Shown here: in pieces, positions 43,545-57,960 of the stretch
Layout: the number at the start of each line of letters is the position of its first letter
Numbering within the stretch: the stretch's first letter is position 1
Source: the human T2T-CHM13v2.0 reference genome, Homo sapiens
DNA length: 64,000 nucleotides
Assembly: GCA_009914755.4 (NCBI GenBank)
Contig: CP068257.2
Coordinates: 14,368,001-14,432,000, forward strand
Direction: 5' to 3'
Position numbers and translations under genes: made by a program
Notes under the pieces: generated by a model
Told to the model about the DNA's origin: nothing
Databases searched by the model: none
Seen by the model: the letters and a program-made list of their open reading frames with translations, nothing else

Positions 43545-44788
43545 CAACCTGTTTAAAAAAAAAAGACTTGAGAGATTAGAGGTTAAAGCACTGAATAAGA
43601 GGAGACATTTATGGGAGAGAAAAAAAATCCCTCTAACGGAAGCAGAGGCAGCACAATTTATAACACTTGTGCAACAAATTTTGCTTCACATTTTCTGGCA
43701 TCAAAGGCAAAAAGAGAAAGATCTTTGGTTACATAGTTTTCATTATCTGATGACAGCATATAAATGCACCTGAAAATGTAGCATTTTTCTTCCAAATGTA
43801 CTAGAACTGAGATTCATTGAAGTGTCCTTGCTTAGAAGACACTGGCAAAACTGAGGGCCATTCTTTGAACCATGGTTTAGGAAAAGATAGAGTTTCCACT
43901 GGCTCCTAAGGGAGCAAAGACTGTGTTGTGATTTTGAGGTCATCTGAGAGAGGCTCCAGTTATGTATGCAGAGATTTTGCTTTTTGAAAGTCTTAATGTA
44001 GAGATATCTCCTGAAAGAAGTAGCTGAAAGAAAAGTTAATTTAGCTGATTAAACACCAATTTTCTGATTGCAAGGAGAGTAAAGCAGCTGTGTTCTCCTT
44101 TGGAGAAGAGGTCTTTTAGACAGAGACAGGCTTTAATGAACTTGAATAAGTCCTGTTTTAGGCAAATCTCAGTGAAGAAGAAAAGTAAGGGTTCAACAAA
44201 GAGGTAAGTTCAGGGCTGCCATTCCTCATCACAGCAGGCAAGGTAGCCTGGATCACTGCTGCCAGGAGGGGGATGCTGCCCACAACCGCGGCCCCTTTCC
44301 TATCTGCCAAGGGTAGGAACCCAAGTCCCAGCAGGTGAAGCAGAACTGAATTGAATAATTGTCATATATAACTGCTTTATATATAATGCTGCAAGCTTTA
44401 TCCACTCCAGGCCAGAGTTGGATGGTATGAAAAAAGAAAGTGTAATTGCATAGTGGTGGCTTTCTATTGAGACACTTGGATGGATGCTAATATCAGCAAC
44501 CTGTTACCAAGATAAACAGTTAAAAAAAAAAATAAGTCCTGGAAGAGTTAACATTGCTCTCAAAATTCAGAGTTGTAAGATAACCTTTAGCCAAACTCTA
44601 CCTTGTTGATTCAGTCGAGAATCACACGTTTTCCATAAGATTGGTGGGAGGCTGTCAATGCAAGAGCCAGATTTGCATCTGTTTCCCGAACTATATCTGC
44701 CTTAGAAGATTTCACAGCAGGGACCAGTTTATCTCATATGTATTTTTAATGCTAAAAGAATTTTAAAGTTTTCTCAGTTTTTTTTTAA

Positions 44789-45007
<219 letters not shown>

Positions 45008-46640
45008 TAAGTGCTATTTAGATTAGGATATTTTCAGGGAGACTGAGGAAGATGACATGCATCGAGTACATTTTTGGGGGCTATACACCAAGGAAGATGT
45101 TTTAACATGTTACTTTATTTCATCATTGTGACAACATTCTAAAATAGGTTTGATGATTGATCTCTGTTTTATAAATGAATAAATTTCATCTCAAAGCAGA
45201 AAAGCCAAGATTGAAACCTGTGCTTCCTCCCAAGCCTGTGCTTTTCTTACTACCTTACTTTGCTATTTAGTTTATTGAATTTTCACCTCAGAAATACACA
45301 GTTAATTTTTTAAGAAAGAAATGAATGTAATGTGGGGAAGTTCTTTAATCTCTGTAACTCCATATTGAAGGAAGACACCACAAATGTAAACACTCATTAA
45401 ATATTAACTGAGGAAGTATCTACATGGTCTTCACCATCTGGAAGAATGTGGGAAAAACAAGTGAATAAGCCAAATGTTCCTGAATATCTGTACATTTGGC
45501 ATCATGTTGCTAAATGATGCATATGCTTGGTGTCATTTCTTTTTAACATTTTATTTAGTTATATTTGTTATTAAAAATACAGTTAAAAGAAAAGGTCCCC
45601 ATTTCCTTTCCCAACCCATTTAATAAGGAGTAGCAAATCTTAACACATTGGTTGGTATCTTCCCAGATATTTTAAATTCTGATTATAAATGTAGTATTCA
45701 TGCATGTGCATGTGCACACTTGTACACAGAATTATGCTTATTGTTCTGTGCTCTGCTTTTTAAGGGAATTTTGTCAACATTTTTCTGTATAGATAACTAT
45801 CTTATTTCCTTTGTGACATTGTTGGATTGCTAAGTGTCATTTACACAGAGCTCAAGATGGTATAATCTTGTAAATATTGTGAAGAAAACAATGTACTCAA
45901 AATCTCGTTCTATTTCACAGAAAACATTAAGATAAGTAAAAACAGAAAAGCATTATACATGATTTATTAAGTTTTATGTCAAAATGCACTTATGAATTGT
46001 AGTGTTGCTAAAGATGGTACTTCATTTAGTGTGTAGTTTTGGCAAGTTTTTTGACTAATATTAAGATTACATAAGTTAGGATTGTGTTTTATTACATGTA
46101 ATATATGGCGACTTTAAAATATTGGAGATTATTTTGCTCATTTTGGGAAAAACTACTCACGGCCCAGCTACTGAACATCTGTTCAGGAATATGAACTAGG
46201 GGAGTGGGTACCATAATTTATTCGTAGCTCAGAAAGGCCTATTCCAGTTCTCAGGAGAACGTCAAGGCAGGACACTTGTGTGGAGTGAACTGAGGATGGT
46301 GATCAGGCAATAGTTCACAAAAAGGAAAGCAGGCTCTTCATCAACCCATAAAAAGACAAGGTTCAAGCTGACATTAATTCCTCAGTACAAGAAAACAGGA
46401 CAATGGCAAGAGGGATCTCTGCCATGATCTTTATCTGTTGAGTCACACTATTGCCATCTGGACATGTTGCCTCTCCATGTCTAGAGTACAAATGTTGTTC
46501 TGGAATCTCCCTTTACCTTGGAAGGAAATCAAGATTTCTGTCACCTCTCTTCTATTTTGGGTTCCATGACACTGGCATCTCATATCTCCCTCTTTTGCAT
46601 TTTTTTCTTTCATTTTGGTGAAGCTTAGCTTCCACTACAT

Positions 46641-47250
46641 TTTTTTAAAGTTTATATTAGATTGTAACATATATACAGTAGACAAAATCTTAAATGTGCA
46701 TCTTGATAAAAACTCACACATGTACACACTTGTGTAACTGCCACCCAGATTCAGATATAAAATCTGGGTTTCCTGAACCCAAAAGATTCTCTTGTGCTCC
46801 TTTTTAGTTAACATTCTTTTTCCCAACCAAGGAAACACTATTCTGACCTCTATCACTATACAGGAGTTATACTTGTTCTTAACTGTCATATAAATGGAAT
46901 CATATGGTATATATAGTTTTGTGATTGACTCCTTCGGCTCAACATTTGTGTTGTTTAACATGGAAATAGTTCACCCATTTTTATTATGTGTGCAATTATT
47001 TTGCCCATTCTATCATTGATGCACTTTTGGGCTATTTCCCAAATATTCTTATGCATGTCTTTTGGTAGAAATACCGTTCTGTTTTGCTTGACTGTATACC
47101 TTGAGGTGGAATTATTGGATCACTGGGCGTATATATATTCAGATTTATTTGATCTTGGCAAAGAGTGGGTGTACCAATTTATAGCCAAATTAGCAAAGTA
47201 CAAGAGGCTTGATTGATTCACTTTATTGAAAACACTTGATATTGTCACGG
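46641..47250 (-). mobile_element. Old L1 (L1M/L1PB-like) 3' UTR plus ORF2 C-terminus, antisense; this is the 3' piece of an element that continues at 48925-49500
   Basis: The 3' UTR portion, tttttttaaagtttatattagattgtaacatatatacagtagacaaaatcttaaatgtgcatcttgataaaaactcacacatgtacacacttgtgtaactgccacccagattcagatataaaatctgggtttcc, is the reverse complement of an L1M-type 3' UTR (tttaaagtgtacaattcagtgg...gttgtgcaaccatcacc). The next portion, ataaatggaatcatatggtatatatagttttgtgattgactccttcggctcaacat...ctatcattgatgcacttttgggctatttcc...tgtataccttgaggtggaattattggatcactgggcgtatatatattcagatttatttgatcttggcaaagagtgggtgtaccaatttatagcc, parallels the antisense L1 ORF2 consensus (ataaatggaatcatacagtat...ggagtggaattgctgggtcatatggtagttctattttt...ccatagtggctgtaccaatttacattcc). 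Confidence 0.7.
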
Positions 47251-47423
47251 GCTTCCTGGGTTGTTGCTTTGCCAGCCAGACACCTCTGCGGCTGGTGGCA
47301 CCTTTGCCCAAATTTTGCTTGAGCCCACTGGACTCATTCTGCCCACTTAGCCTGGTAGGCTGTGCTTGGCTTTCGCTATTGGCCGAGATTCCATGTCTGC
47401 CAAGGGCGAGCCAGGCACAGAGA

Positions 47424-47480
47424 AGTGAGTGAGTGAGTACATGAGTACATGAGTGAGTACATGAGTGAGTGAGTGAATGC
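47424..47480. repeat. (GAGT)n / (GAGTACAT)n simple repeat
   Basis: The repeat gtgagtgagtgagtacatgagtacatgagtgagtacatgagtgagtgagtgaatg is visible directly. Confidence 0.75.
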
Positions 47481-47919
47481 AGGGTCCAGCCACTACATTC
47501 AGCTAGGCATGTGAGCTGCTGTGGGGTGGGCAGCACCAGGCGCTGGCATGGGCTCTGGTTCCCTGCTGCAGCTGGACCAGGTGTACTGCAAGAGGCTTCC
47601 ACTGCAGGCACCAGGGAACATGGTAGCACCTGGAAGCTTGGAGACAGCAGGAACCACAGAGCCCCAAATAGGGTGATATAGCCCTGGCTCAGGGACCTCC
47701 TAAGTCTGGGATCCCTGAAAGGCCTCAACTCTTCCCTTTCCTCTCCTTCTCATCACCTGTAACATGGCAAGTGAGGGGCATGTTTCAGCCCTGCTTGTGT
47801 TACAGCCTTTTCAGTCCTGCCATTTGGTGGATCCTGAGTTCTTGTCCTACATCCTGGAAGAATGAGGTACACAGACAACTGGAGGGTGAACAAGGCAAAG
47901 ATGTGCTTTATTCGAGCAA

Positions 47920-48195
47920 CAGTACAGCTCTCAGGAGATCCAAAGTGGGTATCTCCTTTCCACAGGCAGGTTGGCCTGATGAGTGCAGCCCTCAGTGGAG
48001 AGGAGACCCAGAATGGGTAGCTCCTATCTGCGCTCAGGTTATCCTGACATCTCTCCAGCCCTCAGTGGAGAGGAGACCTGGAGTGGGTGGCTCCTATCCC
48101 TAGGCAGGTTGTTCCAACGTCTCTGCAGCCCTCAACAGAGAGGAAACCTGGACTGGGTAGCTCCTATCTGCAGGCAGGCCATCCCATTGTTTGCC
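47920..48195. repeat. Minisatellite: about 4 copies of a 70-bp unit
   Basis: The motif cagccctcagtggagaggagacc recurs at 47986, 48056 and 48126, giving a 70-bp period. The units read cagccctcagtggagaggagacccagaatgggtagctcctatctgcgctcaggttatcctgacatctctc / cagccctcagtggagaggagacctggagtgggtggctcctatccctaggcaggttgttccaacgtctctg / cagccctcaacagagaggaaacctggactgggtagctcctatctgcaggcaggccatcccattgtttg. A diverged partial copy lies upstream. Confidence 0.8.
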
Positions 48196-48924
48196 TGAGT
48201 CTGGCTGAGTCCAGAGTTTTTATGGGCTTCAGAGGGGAGGAAGTGCATGTTGATTGGTTCATGGGTGGCCATGGGCACACCTGGAGAAAGCACCGTAAGT
48301 TTCCACTCTGGTCTGTGGAACCGGCAGCTTAGCCCCCAGGCTTCAGGCCATCTCTGGCGTGAAGGTGGGGTTTTAATGGGGATCTTCCTGTTTCTGCCCA
48401 GGAACCTGTCTGCCTCCTGCTACCATTCATGATGCCCAGGCTGTTTGTGCCCTCGCCAAGTTGCCCTAAGCCCCACCTCGGCCTCCTTCCCATGCTCCTC
48501 AGTGCCCAAAGTTCAGAGGAGGCCTAGGGGGCTGGGTGCTGGCATGTCAGTACCGCCCTAAGCGTGTACACGCCTGGCTGGGTCATGACAGTGCCCAGGT
48601 TTGGCCACAACTTTGCTCTGAAATCAGAGTGGGTGCCAGGAGTGGGGAGATGCCAGGCAGTGGGAGCAGGCACTTCCAAGCCTGCAGGGGCAGGGGGGCT
48701 TCCTGGGCCCCAGAAGCACAGGATGCCTAGGTCTGAAGCCGTGGTTATGTGGCTGCAGCCGTGCCCAGGTGGGCGGGCTCTCACCACACCAACTTGGGGG
48801 AGAAACTCCCACCTGTTCCCAGCTCCCACCAGCTCTGCTCGAGCACGCGGCCCCAGCCGTGCCTTTCCCCGCTGCAGCCAGCATCTTTGCAGCAGCAGCT
48901 TCATATGGGCCACTGCTGCTATCA

Positions 48925-49382
<458 letters not shown>

Positions 49383-50379
49383 AGGAATTCTTTATATATT
49401 TTGAATGTGACCCCTTTATATATATTGCATGGACTGAACCTTCTTGCAATATATTTCTTGCTATATAAGTTATCTCTTTCCATAATATTGTCAAAAAACA
49501 GACAATAAAAAAATCCGGGAGTCACAGAGCAATAGCACTTATTTAACTTGAGATTCTCTAAGTTTCGGATGGTTTCATGCTCTCTCATGCATTTGTGGTC
49601 ATCTGTGGGAAAACAAGCTGCTCTACCGTTATTAGCTGGACTCATTGACACGTCTGGGTTGGCTGCCTATTGACTGATCTAGCATGGCTGTATCTGGTGA
49701 AACTGAAGCAGTTTGACTCTGCTCCACATGCTTCATCTTCCAGAAAGCAAGTTTCAGTATTTTCTTATAATCATGGCAGACAAACAAGAGCTGAAACAGA
49801 AATGGTCAGCTCTTTCAGCTTCCTTTAGCTGTCTGTCATATCTGTTAACATCCCATTGGCCAAAGCAAATCAGAAAGCTGATACGAAATTAAGGGTTGGA
49901 GTAAAATCTCTACCTCTGTAGTAAGAGGAATTGAAAGTTTCATGAAAAAGCATGAAAAACTGGGGACATTAATGCAATCAATCTTTTGTACTTGCCTTTT
50001 TACTCTATTAAATGGTGACTTTTGATGAATATAACTTTCTTATTTTATACAATATAATTTATTATTCTTTTATTAACAATATGGCTAGTCACTTTTTGCT
50101 GTTTCTTAAATATATGTCTACCCCAAGCTTATAAAAAAAACTGTCCTAGGTTTTTTAAATAGAAACTTTCTTTTTTTTTCTTTTTTCCCATTTTGGGTCT
50201 ATAAGTCACTATAAATTAATTGTTATACAGGGTGTTAAAAACCATATATATCTAATTGTTTAACACAATCACTGGAAAACTTCTCTTCTGAATAAAAAGA
50301 AAAAATAATATTTATAGTATATTATCAGATAATTGTTTATGAGTAGATCTGCTTTAGAATGCTATTCTGTTTTATGCTG

Positions 50380-53100
50380 TTTTTTTTGTCTGCCCTTGCA
50401 CAAATACAATACAGTCTTAATTAGTTTAATTGCATAGTAATTCTTGATATCTGATATAGAAGTCTTGATATTATCTTGGCTATTCTAAGCCTTTTACTTT
50501 TATATATAAATTTTGGAATCAACATAATTTTCACCAAAACGTGGTGATTTTGATTTTGATTTGATAGAATTTATTGATCAATTGGACAGAACTGATGTGA
50601 TTCTAATATTAAAAATCAGAATCCATAAACATGACATATATCTTGATTTATTTAGGTTCTTTAAAATTTCTTTCAGTAATATTTTAAAGTTGTCTGTCTA
50701 GTACTTTTTGTTGATTTATTGCTAAAGATTTATTTTTATGGTATTGTTAAAAGGGAATTTTAAAATTTTAAAATTTTAATTGGTTTCGGTATATAAACTA
50801 CAATTGATTTTTGTAGTTTGACTTTATATTCTGATACATTTACTTATTAATTCTAATAGTTGATTTGTATGTTTTGGATTTCCATTATGCATCATCGAGT
50901 CATCTCCAAATATTGACAATTTTACATGAAACTTTGATGTATTTATACCATTTTTCTTGACTTTTCCTACATGTTAAGAACTGCACAATGCTGAGCATAA
51001 GTGACAATAGTGGAGATTATTATCTTGTTTCTGAAGTAAGGGGAAAAGCATTCAATATTTTACTTTTAAGAATCTATCCATCTATTACCTATCTATCTAT
51101 CTATCTATCTATCTATATATCTATCTATTATAAGCTAAGAAAATATCTTCATTTTACTAGTTTGGTAAGAGTTTTTATCTTGAATAAATGTTAAAGTTGA
51201 TCAAATAAATTTTCTGCATCTATTAGGATGGTTGCATGGTTTTGCTTCTTCATTATTTAATGCGATGAATTATATTGATGCTTTTAAAAAAGTGAAAACA
51301 TTTCAGTCCTAGAATAAACTCTACTTGGTCAGGATGTTTTATCCTTTTATATATACATGACTTCAAGGCATGAATTTTTTGATTAGAAATTCTGCTTAGA
51401 TATTTATGAAAATATTGTTCTGTAGTTTTCATTTTTTGTGTGTAAAATTTTTGTCAGGCTTTGTTATCAATGTTATGCCAGACTCACAAGACGTTTGCAA
51501 TTGTTCCATCATTCTCTGGTTTCTGAATGATTTGGTATGGGATTAGTATTGTGACTATCTTAAATTTTTGAAAAATTTTACCAGTAAAGCCATTTGGTCT
51601 TGGAGTTTTCTTTCTAGGGAGGTGCTTAATTCAGGTTCAATATGTGATTATTCATGTTTTTTGTTTTCTTGTATGCCAATTTTGGTAAGTTGTGTTTTTT
51701 AAGGAATTAATCCATTTCATGTAAGTTTTCTAGTTACTGGTGCAATGCTATTTCTAATATCCTCTGTGCACCTTTTTAATGCCTTTAGTGTCTGTAGCCA
51801 TGTTCTCTTTTTTCATTAATGATGTTGGCATTATCTTGCTCCTTTTTCATAATATATGTTTGTTAGGAATTTATTATTTTAAATTATTTTCAAAGGACCA
51901 CTATTTTTCTGTACTGAGTTTCTCTATTTTATGACTGCTTTTTGTTTCATTGATTTCTGCAGTTAATATATATTTTTTCTTTTACTTTCATTGGGATTAA
52001 CTTGTTTTTATTTTTCTAGCTTTTTTAAATAAAAGCTTAAATTTTAGTGTTTTAAAAAATATATATATTTACCTCTATAGTATTTTTTAAATCACTGTTA
52101 CAGTTACATGCATTTCACAAATTTGGCAGGTTGTATTTTATTACTATGCAGTTAAAAACATTTTCTAATTTTCATTTTGTTTTCTTCTTTGACACATGGG
52201 TTAATTATAATATGTTACATAACTTTCAATTATGTAGACATTTTTGAGTTATTTTTATGTGTTGTTTTCAAATTATCTTTATAGTTCTACTTTTGAATTA
52301 TCTTTATAACTGTTTATCTGTTTAATTCTACTTTGGTCCGATAAAATATATGGTATAATTACAATTCTTTGAAATTTGCTGGTACTTACGCTATGGTCCA
52401 ACATCTTTTTCAATTAAGTATTTGTAAAGATAATATTCTGCATGTAATTATAAAAGGATGAAATATATATGCTGAAGTTTTTTATTGACATGTTCTCTAT
52501 ATATTGATAAAAGTCATTTTGGTTAATTTTGTACTTAAAATAATCCTTCTAGGAGATGACCAGTTTTTTCCTAAAATATTATAAAATTATGATAGTAGAT
52601 TAATATAAATGTAAGCTGTTATATCTTCCTATTTAATTAACGTATTTGTTATTACAAAATGCCCTATTTGTTTTCTATAATTTTTTTCCTTCAATTCTTT
52701 GTCTCGTATCATTGTAATCTGTTTCTTTTTTTTTAATGTAGTGTTTGGGGATTTCTTTCTTCATCTTTTTTACTTTCAATTGGTCTCTATACTTATATTT
52801 AAAGTTTGTCTCTTATAAACAGCACACAGTTAATATGTTTTTATACTTAGTCTAAAAATCCTTGAGTTCAATATTTATGAACATATTTAATGTAGTTACT
52901 GAAAAACTGGCTTTAAATCAATACTCTTTTGATTGTCTTTTAGTTGTTCCACTTATTATTTCTTCTTTTGCCTTTCTTTGGATTAATCAGTTTTTAAATT
53001 TTATTCATCTTGTTAACAGCTTTGCAGTAATAAATTCCTATGTTATTATTTTAGAGATTATCCTACATATCATGATATCATCTCTGACTTTCTAGTCTTC
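50380..53100 (-). mobile_element. Large old L1 (L1M/L1P-like) fragment, antisense: ORF2 N-terminal region and upstream
   Basis: Several stretches parallel the antisense L1 consensus. Stretch 50740-51060 reads ttaattggtttcggtatataaactacaattgatttttgtagtttgactttatattctgatacatttacttattaattctaatagttgatttgtatgttttggatttcc, against attttcggattgttcattgctagtgtatagaaatgcaactgatttttgtgtgttgatcttgtatcctgcaactttgctgaattcgtttattagttctaatagtttttt. Stretch 51560-52060 reads ttaccagtaaagccatttggtcttggagttttctttctagggaggtgcttaattcaggttcaatatgtgattattcatg...ggaattaatccatttcatgtaagttttctagtt, against ttcaccagtgaagccatctggtcctggacttttctttgttgggaggtttttgattactgattcaatctcc...ggaatttatccatttcttctaggttatcc. The copy is very AT-rich and diverged, and the outer boundaries are approximate. 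Confidence 0.5.
51090..51128. repeat. (TATC)n tetranucleotide STR: (TATC)6 TATA (TATC)2, inside the old L1
   Basis: The repeat cctatctatctatctatctatctatctatatatctatctatta is visible directly. Confidence 0.85.
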
Positions 53101-53640
53101 CTGACTTTAGTACTTTCACCAGTTTCCCACCAAAGCAATAATTTTATCACAGTTTATCCATTTAGGTAATCTAGGAAAATCTCCCTATTTTAATGTCAAC
53201 TGATTAGCAACCTTAATTCCATCAGGATCCTTAATTATCCTTTGCTACATAATGTAATATATGCAGTTTCTAGGGATCAGGATGTGGAAAATTTTGGAGG
53301 ACCATCTATCTGTCACCTAAGAGGAAATAACTCAGAAGAGGCTGTTGAAACCAAAAAGCAATGAGATAAATTAATTGGCAAATTTAATTTCTTCTCCTTA
53401 TCCGTAATTACACAGTGGGGTAGAGCATATAATGAAAATTAGATCACTTTTAGAAAATGAAGAAGCCATGTTTCCTTTGCGCATCTGTGGTATACAGTGA
53501 ACAATTTTTTTTACTGCCCTACATGCAGATTGTGAGATACAATCTGACAACTTTCTTGTTAATCATTAATTTAATAACTACTGCTTAATATAATTCTGGA
53601 CTTAGTCTATGGCTTGAGCTTGAGTAGAGCATGTCTTTCT

Positions 53641-54005
<365 letters not shown>

Positions 54006-55884
54006 TAAAAATAATTTTTATTTGCATGAAAATCATTACTCTGAGACAATGAGATAGTCCTAGATACTTGGTGGCAACTTCTCAGATGAAAGGTTTTCAT
54101 TTTTCTTTCTAAATTTCTCTGCTGTTTCTTGTATGTAGGAAAAGAAATCATAGTAATTATAGACCATCAGATTCAAGTTAAAAGTTGCTGAAACCTGTGG
54201 CTGTTTTTTTCTAATAAAATATTTCTCATTAGCTGGTTAATCTGCTTGAAGATTTTCTTTTCCTTTGGGTATTTAGATGTCATGATTTATTATGTTATCT
54301 TTATGAAGTAATTGTATCTTTAGTAAATAATCCCATTAAAAGAGTTTGGGAACTTTGCAAGAGAAGAAGCCAGTTTTAAAAATTGAGGTGCCATGTTTTC
54401 CCACAGGGATACACTGTTCACCTTTTGGAGGTCAATATAAACAAGATCAACCATAACTGTGCACTGAGAAGTGTTTTTTGGTATCAGAATGTAGACTAAT
54501 TGAACCATCAATGACACCTTTAAAATTCTTATGCCTTTCACATCCTATAAAGATGATCATTATTAAATAGTTCAAGGGTTGTGTATTTGAAATCCAAAGC
54601 ATAAACACTGAATTTTTAATCTATAAGTTTGTGGGCAAAAAGCAGTCAGATATTTAGGGCCATTCTGATGATGAGCTGCATCTTGTTCTGTCATCTGAAT
54701 GCTTGTCATTTTGTAGATGGGGGATAAACAGTGGTCTCTTCATGTTAATGAATATTTTCCATACTTATTAAAACTAAGTTTTTTTTAATAAGAATAAGTC
54801 AATGAGCAGACAGACAAGTTGCTTTTTATTATTTTTGTGTCTCTTTTCAAGTTCACTCTTCTTATAGAATGCATTGTATTATTCATAAAGTTAATGCGAT
54901 TGGCTGCTATTTCACATTCTTACAGCCAATTTGTGCAGACTTCACTCTTTTGGTGAGATCATCATGATTGTATGTCTCAGGTTGAGCTTTTGATCTTTGT
55001 AAAGAAGTTTGCTTTCCTTCATCCTGGGAACATAGATGACGTTTATATTCTCCATACAGTTATGTTATAAATGCATGTCTTTGATCTTATGGGAGGAGGT
55101 CATAAATTCCTTATCTATAGTAAAACTCAACCAATTAAAAATATCCTGACAGCAGCCGATCAGAATCGTATTTTAATTAAGGATAGCAGCATGATAGGGT
55201 GGAAATACACTAACTAGTTACTAATTTTCTTTGGATGTCCTATATAAAAGGATGGTTTAAATTTCTAAGGTCTACTTTTTGATTAACTTACCTAGTAAAG
55301 TGGTTCCAAATAAAATTTTATTGCAAAATTATTTCAAATTTGAGTAGTATATTAAAATTTCATCATTGCAATTTGTGTTTGGGATCTGAGAGGGCTAGTA
55401 AAAACTGGATAGTAGAATACCATAAGAAATGCAATATTTTTTTCGAGTATGTCTAGCAACTCAATGGCAGAGTGTTTCTAAGTAGGAAGCCTAGCTTGTC
55501 TGGTTTAATGAATTGTAGTATTTAAGAAAGGCCTCCCATATTTTTAGTGTTTGTTTACAAATACTATTTTGTGAAATGAGTCAGATATGAATCATCCACT
55601 AATCTTGTTTATGAAATTAATATATTCAGTAAAATTCTTTGAATAACAGTAGTTTCCAAACACATTCTATGTGTTAGTGGGATCTAAATCTATGTGATAT
55701 TATGACAGTTTGAACTCTGTTTTGATTTTTACTTAGCAAAATGGTGAACTCACAGTTAAGTATGACCTCTTTGATTTTCCTAAGCTTTTTTTGTTGTTGT
55801 TCAGTGTCAGTTCAAAGAATTGGGATGAGTGGGTAGAAAAGTCGCACATTCTTATGAAATAAAAAGGACAGCCACAGTTTTATA

Positions 55885-55960
55885 CATATGTGTATTTACA
55901 TATATGACATATATGTATATGTGTATGTACATATGTATATATATATGTGTGTGTGAAAGT
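55885..55960. repeat. Imperfect (TA)n / (TG)n simple repeat
   Basis: The repeat tatacatatgtgtatttacatatatgacatatatgtatatgtgtatgtacatatgtatatatatatgtgtgtgtg is visible directly. Confidence 0.6.
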
Positions 55961-57826
55961 GAGGGGGAGAGAGGAATGAGGTCTACATAATTTAATTTTA
56001 TTACTAGTACATTTTTATGGTTAATTCAAATATTTAGGCAAATTTGCCTTTAATAGGAAAATCATCAAAAAGGCAAGGCAAGTAGTTGCATAAGCTTTGC
56101 TTTTTTCTGAAATTACCTGCATTCACTTAGAGAAAAAAGGATTTTACATTATCTATCAAGCAACTAATTTACATATATGATTTCAGGTATTTCAATTTCA
56201 ATGTGTGTAGCAGTTCAGGAATAAAAATGCAGTATTTTCTTATATTATTTGTGTTTTTTATGATTGAGCCGTACGATCTTTTGGTTTAGTTAGGAATTTG
56301 GCTTCCCCATCCCTCCTATTAAAACTTGATTTTTGGAAAGTATAGATAGAAGAGCTGTGCTTTTCTTTTAAAATGCTTATAAAATTCAAAAGCAACTGGA
56401 ATACATTTTATGATACCAATTTTACATATATTTAAAAACCAGGACTACAAAATATAAATTTATAAAAAATTATAAAAAATGATTGGGATTCTTTCTCTTT
56501 GGAATGATTATATGTTATAAACATACAGCACCGTGAGTATAAATAGGTTACTGTTTCTCCTAATGTGCCTACTTTAATGATGAATTGCATTCCTGATTAC
56601 AGAATCATGAGCTATCAAAATACACCAATAAATACAGGCAAACATTGGTAAAATTCCGACTTAGAAAATAATCAAAGCTTAAAGCTTAGCATTCTGATTT
56701 GGAGCAAGAAATATGTAAATTGTGAAATAATGAGCAGCTTCTGAGCACATCCCCTTTATTTTACCTGCAAGGACCTGAGTCAGAAGTCTGCATTTCAAAA
56801 TGCTTCTTTTTTTTTACAGTGTGGATGAATGGCCACGAATAATACAAATTGGCTTTACTTTCCAAGTTTATTATACTTAAACATTTGTTGGCAGGTTAGC
56901 GACATCATTTATTATATAATGAGGTAAACCCCAAATGGAACCCCCAAACATCTTCTCTTCCTGGTCATCATAGGCTGCCATTCTTCCCCTAGAAATTAAT
57001 ACATCTGTATGCGGGATCGTGCCTTCTCATCCCCTGCTGCAGAATCCTCGGTCATAACAGCTTTTGTGTTCATGAATATGTAAATGTAACATGCATAAAA
57101 TAAAATAAAAAAGCAGACAGTTTCTACCACAGACTGCCTAACTCTGTTGAACTAATACACAAAAAGCGAAGATTTAATTTTTCAAGCATTTTGAGTCAGT
57201 GTTTCAAGGCATGACATAATTATGTAATATAAAAATACATAAATTAGGCATATGCAGATGTGCATGACAGTTAGACTCAAAATAAATCGGCATGTAGTCA
57301 TGGCTATAGTGATTCATGCAGATTCACTTACTCCTTCACTCTGATGCCTAGTAATACGGGGTAAATGCCTTAGGTATTTAATGACCTTGTATTTACTGAC
57401 TAGATTCTACTCCTATACTTCACCCCAATAAATGACTAGGAAAATGTTTAATTAATATGTATTATTTGTATATGTATGTATATATATGTATTATACACAC
57501 ACATATGCTTTTTTCTTTTGAAGGGGAAAAGCGATGGCTATCTTCCACTGAAGTATTCTGGAGGAAGCTGTGGGAAGAAAATTGGTGGATTTTATTATTG
57601 AAATAAGCAGGCATGTTCATGCATATTTTTACGGCATGCATGGCTATGCGCCACTCTGTGCAAACAGTGCTATTGCAGCTTGTGCGCGGTAATTAGGTTG
57701 ATGTAATTATGGTGAAATAAAGGCAGTCGCACTGATAATTTCACAGTGAATATTAAAGACATATGTGCCTTCCAGTGTACAATGAATGAACCTGAACTGC
57801 TGTCAGGGTCTAGGAGGACAGTGTGG

Positions 57827-57960
57827 CCAATGCACCTATTGTGTCCCTGCTGCAGAAAGGAGCCTGCCGATTGGCCACTGTCTGCAGCACATAGCACTGG
57901 CTGGTTATAAAGGACTTGTCTAGGGGAGAGCCTGTAGGTACTCCATTGTCTGGTAAAGTT
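57827..57960 (+). promoter_or_regulatory. Promoter-like motif arrangement: CCAAT box (57827-57831), inverted CCAAT (ATTGG, 57870-57874), TATAAA (57906-57911), and GGTAAAG (57952-57958) as a possible splice donor
   Basis: The sequence reads gtgtggCCAATgcacctattgtgtccctgctgcagaaaggagcctgccgATTGGccactgtctgcagcacatagcactggctggtTATAAAggacttgtctaggggagagcctgtaggtactccattgtctgGTAAAG. The spacing (CCAAT about 75 and 35 bp, TATA about 30 bp upstream of a putative start near 57935-57945) is that of a classical Pol II core promoter. It lies within a block that retains CpGs. This is motif-level evidence only. Confidence 0.3.
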
